Origin: a virus
Lineage: Duplodnaviria; Caudoviricetes
Direction: 5' to 3' (one strand)
Length of the DNA: 64,000 nucleotides
IMG/VR virus record: IMGVR_UViG_3300011989_000257
Span: 192,001-256,000 of that record
Under the pieces are notes generated by a model. That model was not told the origin of the DNA. It saw nothing but the letters and a program-made list of their open reading frames with translations, and did not search any database. Of this stretch, positions 36,170-45,001 are shown in pieces. The stretch's first letter is position 1; each line of letters starts with the position of its first letter. The translations under genes were made by a program, and so were the position numbers.

Positions 36170-36544
36170 TCATCTTTTTTTTATAAATTCTATTTTTATT
36201 GTTCTTTTTTCTTTGTCTATCGTTCGTAGTGCATCTTTATGCGGTTGAACACCAATATCATAATAATTTGGATAAAATACAAATAGCCAAGCTTTAAAAT
36301 AGTCGAAAAGATTGAACCTATTATTTTTTAGTTTGATGTCTTTGTGACCCTCAAGCCAAAATGTTATTTGAGTACCCCCAAAATTCCTAAGTGGACTCAT
36401 TTCCCAAGTTTTAAAACTATATGTACCACCCACATAGCACTTGTCGCACCAATGGCAATACTCTTTAAATTCTTTATAAAGTCCAATCTCTTTAAAAAAA
36501 CGAACAATTATTTTATACTCATCACATATATTTTCAGCACCCAT
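36170..36544 (-). CDS. Family C protein
   Basis: RFFKEIGLY, FGGT, VFYPN, IDKEKRTIK. Confidence 0.8.
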   Translation of the reverse strand: MGAENICDEYKIIVRFFKEIGLYKEFKEYCHWCDKCYVGGTYSFKTWEMSPLRNFGGTQITFWLEGHKDIKLKNNRFNLFDYFKAWLFVFYPNYYDIGVQPHKDALRTIDKEKRTIKIEFIKKR

Positions 36545-36980
36545 AAGCCCTTACCTTTCTCCAAGTATATCTACCAAATGAATCTTGCAGATATAATTCT
36601 GGAAATACATACCCGTTTATGAAAAACGTGATTTTTGACCAACCATCATTCCTTGCAAATTTTATGGTGTTTCCATAATATGTATATGTCCATGTCTCAG
36701 TAAACCAATCTGGATTCCTAACAATAGCCATTACAATGTCACAACGTTTCCCATCTAAAAACTTGATTTCTTTCAGTTCCACATTGCCAACAATACAACC
36801 GTAGTCCATTTGCCAAGTCCCTAATAGTTTCTCAGCACAAAAATAATCTTGGTTGTAAGTAATTTTTGCTGTAGTGCCTCGATACTCCCTATATCCATAA
36901 TCATCCCATTCTGCATACGGACACTCACATGATGCAAAACTAATAATTAAGATAATTAATAAAACTATATATCTTCTCAT
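36534..36980 (-). CDS. Putative lipoprotein (lipocalin-like)
   Basis: SFASC lipobox; LLGTW motif. Confidence 0.6.
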   Translation of the reverse strand: MRRYIVLLIILIISFASCECPYAEWDDYGYREYRGTTAKITYNQDYFCAEKLLGTWQMDYGCIVGNVELKEIKFLDGKRCDIVMAIVRNPDWFTETWTYTYYGNTIKFARNDGWSKITFFINGYVFPELYLQDSFGRYTWRKVRAYGC

Positions 36981-37163
36981 TATCTCACGAATTCAAAACG
37001 TCTATTAACATTGCCATTTGCATCCTTGCATGGCATAAGACCCATAGGGCAAATATCAGCCAATGCGCACTTTTTACATGTGTTTGTATTATCCTCCACA
37101 ATTGTCAATTTTCTACCAAATATTTCAATTACGTTGTCCATATGACTTTTTTTTAATTCGTTG

Positions 37164-37195
37164 CAAAGATACGAAAAAATATTGTAGTAACCAAA
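37164..37195 (-). promoter_or_regulatory. Bacteroidetes promoter
   Basis: TTTG-N20-TATCTTTG upstream of a 53-aa Cys-rich ORF (36980-37141). Confidence 0.8.
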
Positions 37196-37199
37196 TAAA

Positions 37200-38409
37200 T
37201 TAAGTTTTCTTAACTAATTTGTTGAGTACTGATATGTATTTATACCCCTCTTTTGCTATTTTTTTAATAAATTCAATTTTTTGTTTTTCTGTTGGCAAAT
37301 AAAATTTGAAACCATTTGCAAATCCCCAATTTCCAGGTATCTCGCCGCAATAAAAAACACCGTTCTTCAATCCATAAGAAGCGTATCGATAAATATGTAA
37401 GTCACTAGACCTATTATTTAAGTAATACCTTTCACGCTTAATACTTTCAACAAGAATTAACCATTCTTGTCTTACTTCAACCTCATATTCAGGTTTTGCG
37501 TATAATATAACACCTTTCAAACCCTCATGAACATTAACTTCTTCCATGTAACAGTGTATTTGTAAGTAATTTGGTTATTCCATCTTTGCCATGCGCTTTC
37601 AAATAAGCTTTTTTAGCAAATTCGATTGCTTTCTTTGCTGCCATTTCAAAATTTTCTATTCCTCTTCCTTCATCGTTTTTAACGTTAAAGGGGTAATTTA
37701 TGTAGAATGAATAATCAAACCAATATCCATCCTCTTTTATATGTGGCATTATTGTAACATCGATGCTTAGTTTTATTTTGAGGGATTGTATCAGCATATC
37801 TATTCTTTTTCCTTTTTGACAGTCATCAACAATGGAAAATATCTTATTAAATTCTTCTATTCTGAAAAAATCATATATATCATTCTCGCCACGCACAAAA
37901 TAGCCAAAACCTAGGCTGCGCACATCGTCTTCAGTTAGAAAACTATTGGGAACATCACAGATGTAAATTGCGATATAATATTTCATTGCAGCATAATAAC
38001 CATCTGTTTTGGTACAGATAACTAGATTGTTACGACATGATTTAATTCTGCTAAAAATCCCCTTTATCATGGTTTATTTCTTTTTAATTAATTTATCAAG
38101 TATTGGAACGTATTTGTATCCTCTATGCTTTAGTTCATTAATGATAATTTGTTTCTGCTCATTTGTTGCCTCGTAAAATTCCCAATGTCCAGTGTCTCCC
38201 CACGGCTCAGGTTCATTCTCGTAGAAGTACCATTTATTACTTCCAGTATACTGATAGAAAACATACCCATATAATCTCAATTCATCGGGGGTATACTTTG
38301 AATCTGTAACATCACTTACCAATACAAGCCAATCGTTGTAGTCTATGCTATTGCTTTTTGCATAAACGATTATACCTTTTGTATGTTTATCGATATTAAT
38401 TTTCTTCAT
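37200..38409 (-). CDS. Hypothetical genes (37200-37547 and 38074-38409 are paralogues; 37534-38070 lies between)
   Basis: KGxIxYAK..WL.LV...WG...FY..T..QK...GYKY..L.KL.KK. Confidence 0.8.
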
Positions 38410-38911
38410 GCTTTTCCTCTAATAAATCAATTCTAACCTCATCAAGAACTTTGCCTAGTAGGTTGTCTCCAAGCCAATTCTTTTCATTGTCAATCAATGG
38501 GTCATTTTCACTTAATCCGACACCCCATATAAGGTCCTTGGGACTTGCTTCGCAAAAGTGTTTCCCCTCTAATTCTGGGTTTAAAAGCATTTCCTTTAAG
38601 TCCTTATTTTGAGAATATTTATAATAATTGGCATCAACCATCACGTCATAGCGTAAATCATCCCAAATCTCATTGTCGTAGTTTCTAACTTCTCTGCCAA
38701 GAGCCTTTGCTGTCCTTGGATTGTGACCTCTCTTGAGTATTTTTTTCGCAGTTTCTTCATCGCCAAATGTTTTAGCTTTTTTCCACATAAAATATTGTTC
38801 TGAACTAGAGAAACCAAGTTCTTCACCGTTTTCTTTGACAACAAAGTGGCAAGGATACCAATTTGAGGGCCAATCACCCCAAAAGAAAATATATTTATCT
38901 GTTATTCTCAT
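38396..38911 (-). CDS. NADAR (YbiA/DUF1768) family protein
   Basis: SNWY, SSEQYFM.KA, AKALGR and EASP.D.IWGVG motifs. Confidence 0.92.
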   Translation of the reverse strand: MRITDKYIFFWGDWPSNWYPCHFVVKENGEELGFSSSEQYFMWKKAKTFGDEETAKKILKRGHNPRTAKALGREVRNYDNEIWDDLRYDVMVDANYYKYSQNKDLKEMLLNPELEGKHFCEASPKDLIWGVGLSENDPLIDNEKNWLGDNLLGKVLDEVRIDLLEEKHEEN

Positions 38912-39228
38912 TTTTTAATCAATCTATTTAGTTTTCTATTATAATAATAACTCCCACCAAGCATTTCAATAGCCTTTTTCACCTCTTTTAAATCATTTTG
39001 CGTTAGTTCTCCGAATTTATCAAAGTCTGTTTGTAGCCCAGCAATAACACCTAATTCTATCGCTCCATCAAAGCAAACTGTAAAATGTGTTTGGAAATTG
39101 AAAGTTTCGCCACTACGTTCCTCCATTGGACATACAATAAGGTAATTCCTAGGATAGCGTCCAACTACTGATGGATGTGAAGATACTAACTTATATATCT
39201 TATCTTTTTCTAATCTCATATACTTCAT
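38908..39228 (-). CDS. Hypothetical protein with YYNRKL C-terminal module (leaderless)
   Basis: ATG lies 4 nt after the -7 element. Confidence 0.75.
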   Translation of the reverse strand: MKYMRLEKDKIYKLVSSHPSVVGRYPRNYLIVCPMEERSGETFNFQTHFTVCFDGAIELGVIAGLQTDFDKFGELTQNDLKEVKKAIEMLGGSYYYNRKLNRLIKK

Positions 39229-39232
39229 AGTG

Positions 39233-39264
39233 CAAAGATATAAAAAAAGCGTGAGATAAACAAA
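39233..39264 (-). promoter_or_regulatory. Bacteroidetes promoter
   Basis: TTTG-N20-TATCTTTG. Confidence 0.85.
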
Positions 39265-39355
39265 TATTATTTTTTAAATAATGTTAATACTTTTTATTTT
39301 GGGAACGATATACTTGTTGACACAAAATAACGTTCTTACATAAATATACAAAAGA

Positions 39356-39384
39356 TGAGGAATTGTTTCAATACAGTTCCTCAT
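39356..39384. terminator. Subterminal hairpin at the left end of the transposon
   Basis: atgaggaattgt/acagttcctcat stem flanked by A and T runs. Confidence 0.6.
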
Positions 39385-39446
39385 TTTTATTTCACATCAG
39401 ATATTTATTACTATAAGAATAATAATACAAAATAAATATCAAAATT

Positions 39447-40460
39447 ATGAGCGTATATTTAAAACAATTCAGTACTCACTCTGAGTACGAACAGTACATC
39501 AACGGTAGTGGTGCAATTCTGCCTAATGTATCAATCTGCACAACTGAAGGTGATGTACATTATAATCCTTGGGTTGCACCTGAAACAAGAGTGGTAGCAA
39601 AATTCAATGTAACCGACACAAGTAAAATAATCTCAATTGCATATATGAAAAATGTTTTCAGCGCCATTGAGATTGACGGTGTTGAGCAGCCAAGCGTAAC
39701 TACTGGTTATATCTTTTCTACAACAGGAGAGCATACTGTTAAATATACATTAACAGACCCAACAAGTATTGGTAATGGTGCTTTCCAAGATTGTGGTGAT
39801 ATGACAACTTGTACGATACCTAATAGTGTTACAAGCATTGGCCAGAATGTTTTTAATAAATGTAGTGGTATGACATCTTGTACTATAGGTAGTGGTGTTA
39901 CAAGCATTGGTGGTCATACTTTTGAAAATTGTTATGGTCTTACAAGTATAGTTATACCAGATAATGTTACAACTATTGGTAGTTATGCTTTCCAAGATTG
40001 TAGCGGTATGACATCTTGTACTATAGGTAGTGGTGTTACAAGTATAAATGAAAGTACTTTCGGATATTGTAGAAGCCTTACAAGCATAACTATACCTAAT
40101 AGTGTTACAAGTATTGGCGGGTTGGCTTTCAGTTATTGTAGAGGCCTTACAAGCATAACTATACCTAATAGTGTTACAAGTATTGGTAATACTGCTTTCG
40201 CTAATTGTTATGGTCTTACAAGTATAGTTATACCAGATAGTGTTACAAGTATAGGTTGGAGTGCTTTCGATGGCTGTAGTGGACTTACAAGTATAACATC
40301 TAATGTAGTAACAGCCCCTACAATACAAAGTACTACGTTCAGAGGCGTTAAGACAGGTGGTACGTTAACAGTGCCAAGTGGTAGTAGTGGCTATGACACT
40401 TGGATGCAGAATGCTAACTACTACTTAGGATTGTATGGATGGACAAAGGTGGAACAGTAA
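39447..40460 (+). CDS. BspA-type (TpLRR/LRR_5) leucine-rich repeat protein
   Basis: About seven 23-aa repeats IPNSVTSIGxxAFxxCxGLTSI (69-bp DNA repeats); ATATTTAT at 39401. Confidence 0.92.
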   Translation: MSVYLKQFSTHSEYEQYINGSGAILPNVSICTTEGDVHYNPWVAPETRVVAKFNVTDTSKIISIAYMKNVFSAIEIDGVEQPSVTTGYIFSTTGEHTVKYTLTDPTSIGNGAFQDCGDMTTCTIPNSVTSIGQNVFNKCSGMTSCTIGSGVTSIGGHTFENCYGLTSIVIPDNVTTIGSYAFQDCSGMTSCTIGSGVTSINESTFGYCRSLTSITIPNSVTSIGGLAFSYCRGLTSITIPNSVTSIGNTAFANCYGLTSIVIPDSVTSIGWSAFDGCSGLTSITSNVVTAPTIQSTTFRGVKTGGTLTVPSGSSGYDTWMQNANYYLGLYGWTKVEQ

Positions 40461-40475
40461 TAATAGTAGATAACA

Positions 40476-40506
40476 AAGGGATAGTTCAAATAAGGACTAT
40501 CCTTTT
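40476..40506. terminator. Bidirectional terminator between convergent LRR and transposase genes
   Basis: aaagggatagtt/gactatcctttt stem. Confidence 0.65.
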
Positions 40507-40507
40507 C

Positions 40508-41530
40508 TTATGCCACGTTATTACGTGTGTACCACTCATAGTACACCTTGCTATGGAACTTCCTATACTCAATATCTACAACTGTAGATAGACTGAGTAC
40601 ATCGTTATAGTCAAAGTGCTTTACAGCCTTCTTAAACATATCGTGGAAACGATAGGAACTCTTCTCTTCCCTTGTGTTCCAACGATACATCTGCTCGTCA
40701 ATATAACGAGACAAGTAATCCTTGCTTACCATATGGTAGGTAGAAAACACAACACGCTTGAAGTGTGCCCAAAAGCCCTCAATACCATTGGTGTGAATGT
40801 CACTGCTCCTTACAAACTCACGCTTGCCGTGATTAACGAATAAGTGGTCATAACCCTTCTTCGAAAGGTTATTGTAGATTGATGCCTCGTCGGTGTAGGT
40901 AACAGTACCTTCCTTCACAAACTGCTCCACGATGGGCATAAGGGTTGCACCCTTGGTATCTTCCACCTTCATTGCAATAACCTTGCCATCACGCTGCAAC
41001 ATACCGAAGATAGGAGTCTTCGTCTTGGTACTACGACCTTGTGTACCCTCAGTACGCTTGTCGTTGTGCTTGTTGGTCTCACGACCACCGAGGTACATTT
41101 CATCCATTTCGACCTCACCATCAAGTTCAATCTCGTCAGTGATGCCATAGAGTCCACGAACCTTATGGAGAATGAACCAGGCGGTCTTCTGAGTAACTGC
41201 AAGGTCTCTTGCAAGTTGGTGTGAAGACACACCCTTCTTCGTAGAAGAAACAAGGTACATTGCCATAAACCACTTGCGAAGAGACAACTTGGTGTTCTCA
41301 AAGATAGTGCCAACGGTGACGTTGAACTTTCTCTTGCAGTTAGGACAAGAGTAGCGACCATCAGTGCAAGAGTAGGTGTGGGTGCAACCACAGTAAGGGC
41401 ATACAGCCTCGCCATCACCCCAACGCTGTTGGGCGATAGCAGCCTTGCACTTTGCCTCAGAGTCAAAGTAGTCAACGAGAGCAATGAGTGAGTTGAACTG
41501 TGCGAAATTGATGTGAAGTGTCTGTTCCAT
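40508..41530 (-). CDS. IS1595-family DDE transposase
   Basis: N-terminal Zn ribbon CPYCG..CPNC, GTIFE, SSHQLARDL HTH, EMDE, TDE and HTNGIEGFW motifs. Confidence 0.95.
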   Translation of the reverse strand: MEQTLHINFAQFNSLIALVDYFDSEAKCKAAIAQQRWGDGEAVCPYCGCTHTYSCTDGRYSCPNCKRKFNVTVGTIFENTKLSLRKWFMAMYLVSSTKKGVSSHQLARDLAVTQKTAWFILHKVRGLYGITDEIELDGEVEMDEMYLGGRETNKHNDKRTEGTQGRSTKTKTPIFGMLQRDGKVIAMKVEDTKGATLMPIVEQFVKEGTVTYTDEASIYNNLSKKGYDHLFVNHGKREFVRSSDIHTNGIEGFWAHFKRVVFSTYHMVSKDYLSRYIDEQMYRWNTREEKSSYRFHDMFKKAVKHFDYNDVLSLSTVVDIEYRKFHSKVYYEWYTRNNVA

Positions 41531-41681
41531 ATGTCCTTTTTTGCTTAAAATCTAATACAAATATAGGATTTTTCAACTATCGGAACAGTCTTCTCATACA
41601 TATAAATGGACAAAATTTAGTATTTCATTTTACTTTGTAAAATGAGTGTTTTAGTTAATACACCAAAAACTAATACAAAAA

Positions 41682-41713
41682 AATCTGCAAGATTTCTGAA
41701 TGTCTTGCAGATT
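41682..41713. terminator. Subterminal hairpin at the right end of the transposon
   Basis: aatctgcaaga/tcttgcagatt stem. Confidence 0.6.
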
Positions 41714-41722
41714 AATGTATAT

Positions 41723-42484
41723 TTATTCAAAAGGAACTGCTTGTGTCAACAAGTATATCGTTCCCTTTATTTTTTCACGATATTTTTTTTGAGATTCTTT
41801 AATATGTTTTTTATTGTCTTGATAATATTTTTTTAATTTTTCTTTTCTAGAAATTTCGTATTGTTTTATTTTTTCTTTATGACTTTCACGATATTTTTTT
41901 TGTTGTAATTTTATTTCTTCTCTGTGAGTTTCACGATAGGCTTTCTTTTTTAAATTTATTTCTTCTTTATGACTTTCACGATATTTTTTTTGTTGTAATT
42001 TTATTTCTTCTTTTGTTTTAACGATATGAGGTTTTTTGTGCAACTTGTAATAAGAATGTTGTTTTTCTTTTATTTTTTCAGCATTATTTTTTCTATATAA
42101 TTTACTATAGGCTAATATTTTTTCTTTGTTTTTTTGATAATATTCTTTTCTTTGCTTTAATTTTTCTTCTTCAGTTAATATATTTTTTTGCCTACCCTTT
42201 TGTCCTCCACATGTAATATTTAATACATTATAAGCACTATTGGTTTTATAATAGTCAATCCAATATTTTTCACGTTCAACACCTTCTTCAATGGTTAAAT
42301 CATTTTCAATTATTATCATCTTAGGGTGTTCAACACCATGTTCACTACTGAACTTGTATGTTTTTTCACTTTCTCTATGTTTATGCGTATAATGTCTGCT
42401 TTTTGGATTTATGGTTCTACCAACATAAACTGTATTTAATTCTTCCCATAAATAAATGTAAATGTTATCTCTTCTTATTTCCAT
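41723..42484 (-). CDS. GIY-YIG-like homing endonuclease with Lys-rich repeat tail; last codons supplied by the transposon TIR
   Basis: IYIY..VYVGRT..R, E.YWI and LN..GG motifs; QQKKYRESHKE repeats (49-bp DNA repeat at 90-bp spacing). Confidence 0.75.
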   Translation of the reverse strand: MEIRRDNIYIYLWEELNTVYVGRTINPKSRHYTHKHRESEKTYKFSSEHGVEHPKMIIIENDLTIEEGVEREKYWIDYYKTNSAYNVLNITCGGQKGRQKNILTEEEKLKQRKEYYQKNKEKILAYSKLYRKNNAEKIKEKQHSYYKLHKKPHIVKTKEEIKLQQKKYRESHKEEINLKKKAYRETHREEIKLQQKKYRESHKEKIKQYEISRKEKLKKYYQDNKKHIKESQKKYREKIKGTIYLLTQAVPFE

Positions 42485-42540
42485 AATATTGTTTTATTAA
42501 TAAATATCATGGAAGTTCAAAAAGTCGCCAGAAAAAAAAA

Positions 42541-42568
42541 AACGTGAGATAAACAAATATCTCACGTT
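42541..42568 (-). terminator. Terminator hairpin of the promoter/terminator family, lacking the -7 element
   Basis: aacgtgagata/tatctcacgtt stem + T-run directly after the pncB stop. Confidence 0.75.
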
Positions 42569-42576
42569 AATTTTAT

Positions 42577-43770
42577 TTAATTGATTTTCACACCAAGTTC
42601 CTCAAAATGTAGTTCTTTGGCTGCGATACCAAATAACTCTTTATTACCCATGTGTTTCCCAAGGTCATCAGAAATCTTAATGACATACTCCCAGAAGTCA
42701 CGAGGGCTATAACGACATTTGGACAACTTCATTACAATATTTGCCGCTTTATAACCTTCAATACCTAAATCGCATGTAAGATTAGTTCCGATTCCAGCTG
42801 CAACTTTAATTCGTCCTTTAAAGTAACGTGCAATTTCAGCATACTTTTCAAAATTGAGAGCATTACTGAATACAATTGTCTTACTAGTTGGGTCAATACG
42901 CATTTCACGTAACTTATCAATAATCATATTACCAATCTTAAATTCATCGCCACTATCTTGACGGAATCCATCAAGCAACTTAGCTTGCTGAAGCGTGAGG
43001 GTGTGAAGATAAGAAGCAGTTGTGTATGTATCGATAAGACTGATGCCAAGGTCACCACTGTACACCTTAATCCAGTCATTAAGGGCTGTAAGATTAGCAG
43101 TCTTGAAACCACCAATACCAGCATGGAACATAATCCACTCGTGAGCACAAGTACCGCTAGGCATCATGTTATATTTCATTGCAAAATATACATTAGATGT
43201 ACCAACACAGTAGATAGGGCAACGTTCTTTCAAACGTTTCACGATAGCTTCATGAGACATTGCAGAGGCTCTACGTCTCGTGCCGAATTCAGAAAAATAT
43301 AACTGATGCTCATTCGCAAAGTCAATTTTCTTATCTAGGATATCAATTACCTTATTAGCGTCAATAGTAATGCCAAGCCACTTGTTGCGAATTTCAGCAA
43401 CTGTTGCTAGGATAGGTACTTCGTATAAGGTTACTTTATACATCTTGTCAGTTACCTCAATATGAAGATGTCCATTGTCATCAAGCCAAAACTTGATTTT
43501 GTCCAACTCAAACTGGAAGTTTTTAAGCCACTCAGTATAATTGGTAGCCAAGAAACGAATCTGAGACACGTACATGTACTCTTCCAATGTCATCTTGAGC
43601 TGACATAGCCTTGCAAACGCAAGCTGCAACTCTTCCAAGAACTTCTTGTCATAGACCTCATTGTTGCGGTCATTAAATGTAAATGTACCTTCAGCATCTG
43701 GATAAAGCTGATAATATGCATTAGACATCGTAAATTTATAGAGGTCTGAATCGAGTATACTATATATCAT
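42577..43770 (-). CDS. pncB: Nicotinate phosphoribosyltransferase
   Basis: LDSDLYKFTM, EFGTRR, GTSNV, GTCAHEW, LIDTY, RQDSGD, GIGT and KISDD motifs. Confidence 0.95.
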   Translation of the reverse strand: MIYSILDSDLYKFTMSNAYYQLYPDAEGTFTFNDRNNEVYDKKFLEELQLAFARLCQLKMTLEEYMYVSQIRFLATNYTEWLKNFQFELDKIKFWLDDNGHLHIEVTDKMYKVTLYEVPILATVAEIRNKWLGITIDANKVIDILDKKIDFANEHQLYFSEFGTRRRASAMSHEAIVKRLKERCPIYCVGTSNVYFAMKYNMMPSGTCAHEWIMFHAGIGGFKTANLTALNDWIKVYSGDLGISLIDTYTTASYLHTLTLQQAKLLDGFRQDSGDEFKIGNMIIDKLREMRIDPTSKTIVFSNALNFEKYAEIARYFKGRIKVAAGIGTNLTCDLGIEGYKAANIVMKLSKCRYSPRDFWEYVIKISDDLGKHMGNKELFGIAAKELHFEELGVKIN

Positions 43771-44915
43771 ATTTTTTTATAGATTTTTTCTTTTAAAATG
43801 TTCAAATTTGTAATCATATTTTCTCTTTTAAAATTGGAATAATATAGTAAATGTATTTTTTTCTCTTTACATTTTTCCAATTTAATTCTATCATTCTCAA
43901 CTTGTCTAACAAACCTATCAATGCCACCAAAATGCTTTATTGGCTCAAAATGTTGTAAACCTTGGCATTCTATTGCCACATTAAATTTAGGAAGATAGAA
44001 ATCCAATTCTAAATTTCCTAACCACTCAGCATGATATCTATATTCATATTTTATTTTTTCGTTATTTAAAAATGTTATAATTTCTCTTTCCAGTGTACTC
44101 TCGTTACAAATAGGGCATCCTTGACCTTGTAAATGGGCAGAAGGCTTTTGCCAGAATTCTCCATGTTCTGGACAGATTATACAAACTTTAGTATGTGCAT
44201 TGACATACTCGACTTTAGAGTAATCATACTTATGATTGTGTAACTCATCCGCTGTTTTTATCCAATCATCTTGATAAGTTTTTTTGTGCTCAAACCTTAT
44301 TAAATCTCCGCATTTTTTACAACCTTGACCATTTAAGAAATTATCTGGCCTAATCCAAAACTCACCATGTTTAGGACATACTATACAAATTTTTGTTTTA
44401 TTGTTAACATACTCAACCTTAGAATAATCATATTTGTCACCATGAATTTGTTTAGCTTTTTCGATAAAACTTTCTAAGGTGTGTTTTTTCACTAACTTTT
44501 TGTTTTCTACTGTATAATTACTAGCTAATTCTTTCCTAGTTCTGCATTTAGGACAACCTCTCTCCCTAATGTGATTACTAGGAGTTATCCAAAATTCTCC
44601 ATGAATTGGGCATATGATGCATACCTTGGTATTGGCGTTAACATACTCAACCTTAGAATAATCATATTTGTCACCATGAATTTGTTTAGCTTTTTCGATA
44701 AAGGCTTCTGCGGTTATTTTTTTATTTCTACCGCATTCTGGACACCCGCAACCATTCAAATGACTGTTTGGTATTTGCCAGAATTCTCCATGTTTAGGAC
44801 AAATAATGCAAACTTTAGTATGTGCATTGACATACTCGACTTTAGAGTAATCATACTTTTCACCATGTCTTTCTTTTGCCTTTGTTATGAATCTTTCTTT
44901 TCTGTCTATTTTCAT
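43767..44915 (-). CDS. Homing endonuclease-like protein: four Zn-finger modules + C-terminal PD-(D/E)xK/Vsr-like domain
   Basis: 4x HGxKYDYSKVEY..CPxHGEFW..GCxxC; LDFYL..AIECQG.QH. Confidence 0.85.
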   Translation of the reverse strand: MKIDRKERFITKAKERHGEKYDYSKVEYVNAHTKVCIICPKHGEFWQIPNSHLNGCGCPECGRNKKITAEAFIEKAKQIHGDKYDYSKVEYVNANTKVCIICPIHGEFWITPSNHIRERGCPKCRTRKELASNYTVENKKLVKKHTLESFIEKAKQIHGDKYDYSKVEYVNNKTKICIVCPKHGEFWIRPDNFLNGQGCKKCGDLIRFEHKKTYQDDWIKTADELHNHKYDYSKVEYVNAHTKVCIICPEHGEFWQKPSAHLQGQGCPICNESTLEREIITFLNNEKIKYEYRYHAEWLGNLELDFYLPKFNVAIECQGLQHFEPIKHFGGIDRFVRQVENDRIKLEKCKEKKIHLLYYSNFKRENMITNLNILKEKIYKKI

Positions 44916-45001
44916 ATTGATTATGATTTATATATAAATATTAGATAAATATATAAAAATCTAAATCTTTATAAAAATAAATTGATGTATTTAACGCTAA
45001 A

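Larger units (their letters stand above)
39301..41765. mobile_element. IS1595-family transposon with passenger LRR gene
   Basis: Perfect 25-bp TIR GGGAACGATATACTTGTTGACACAA (39301-39325 / 41741-41765); 8-bp TSD TTTATTTT (39293-39300 / 41766-41773); encodes an IS1595 transposase. Confidence 0.9.

Noticed and set aside
39707-40328. Minus-strand repeat ORFs (TCNTIRY...)
   Set aside because: Antisense shadows of the LRR repeats
39447-40460. Diversity-generating retroelement target
   Set aside because: No reverse transcriptase or separate template repeat in the window; the repeats are in-frame LRR units
41641-41664. GGTGTATTAACTAAAACACTCATT as a nested IS end upstream of the transposase
   Set aside because: No matching partner repeat found on the other side of the transposase
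39301-41765. Recombinase-driven invertible segment (phase variation)
   Set aside because: The 8-bp direct repeats outside the IRs and an internal DDE transposase fit transposition; no invertase is present in the window
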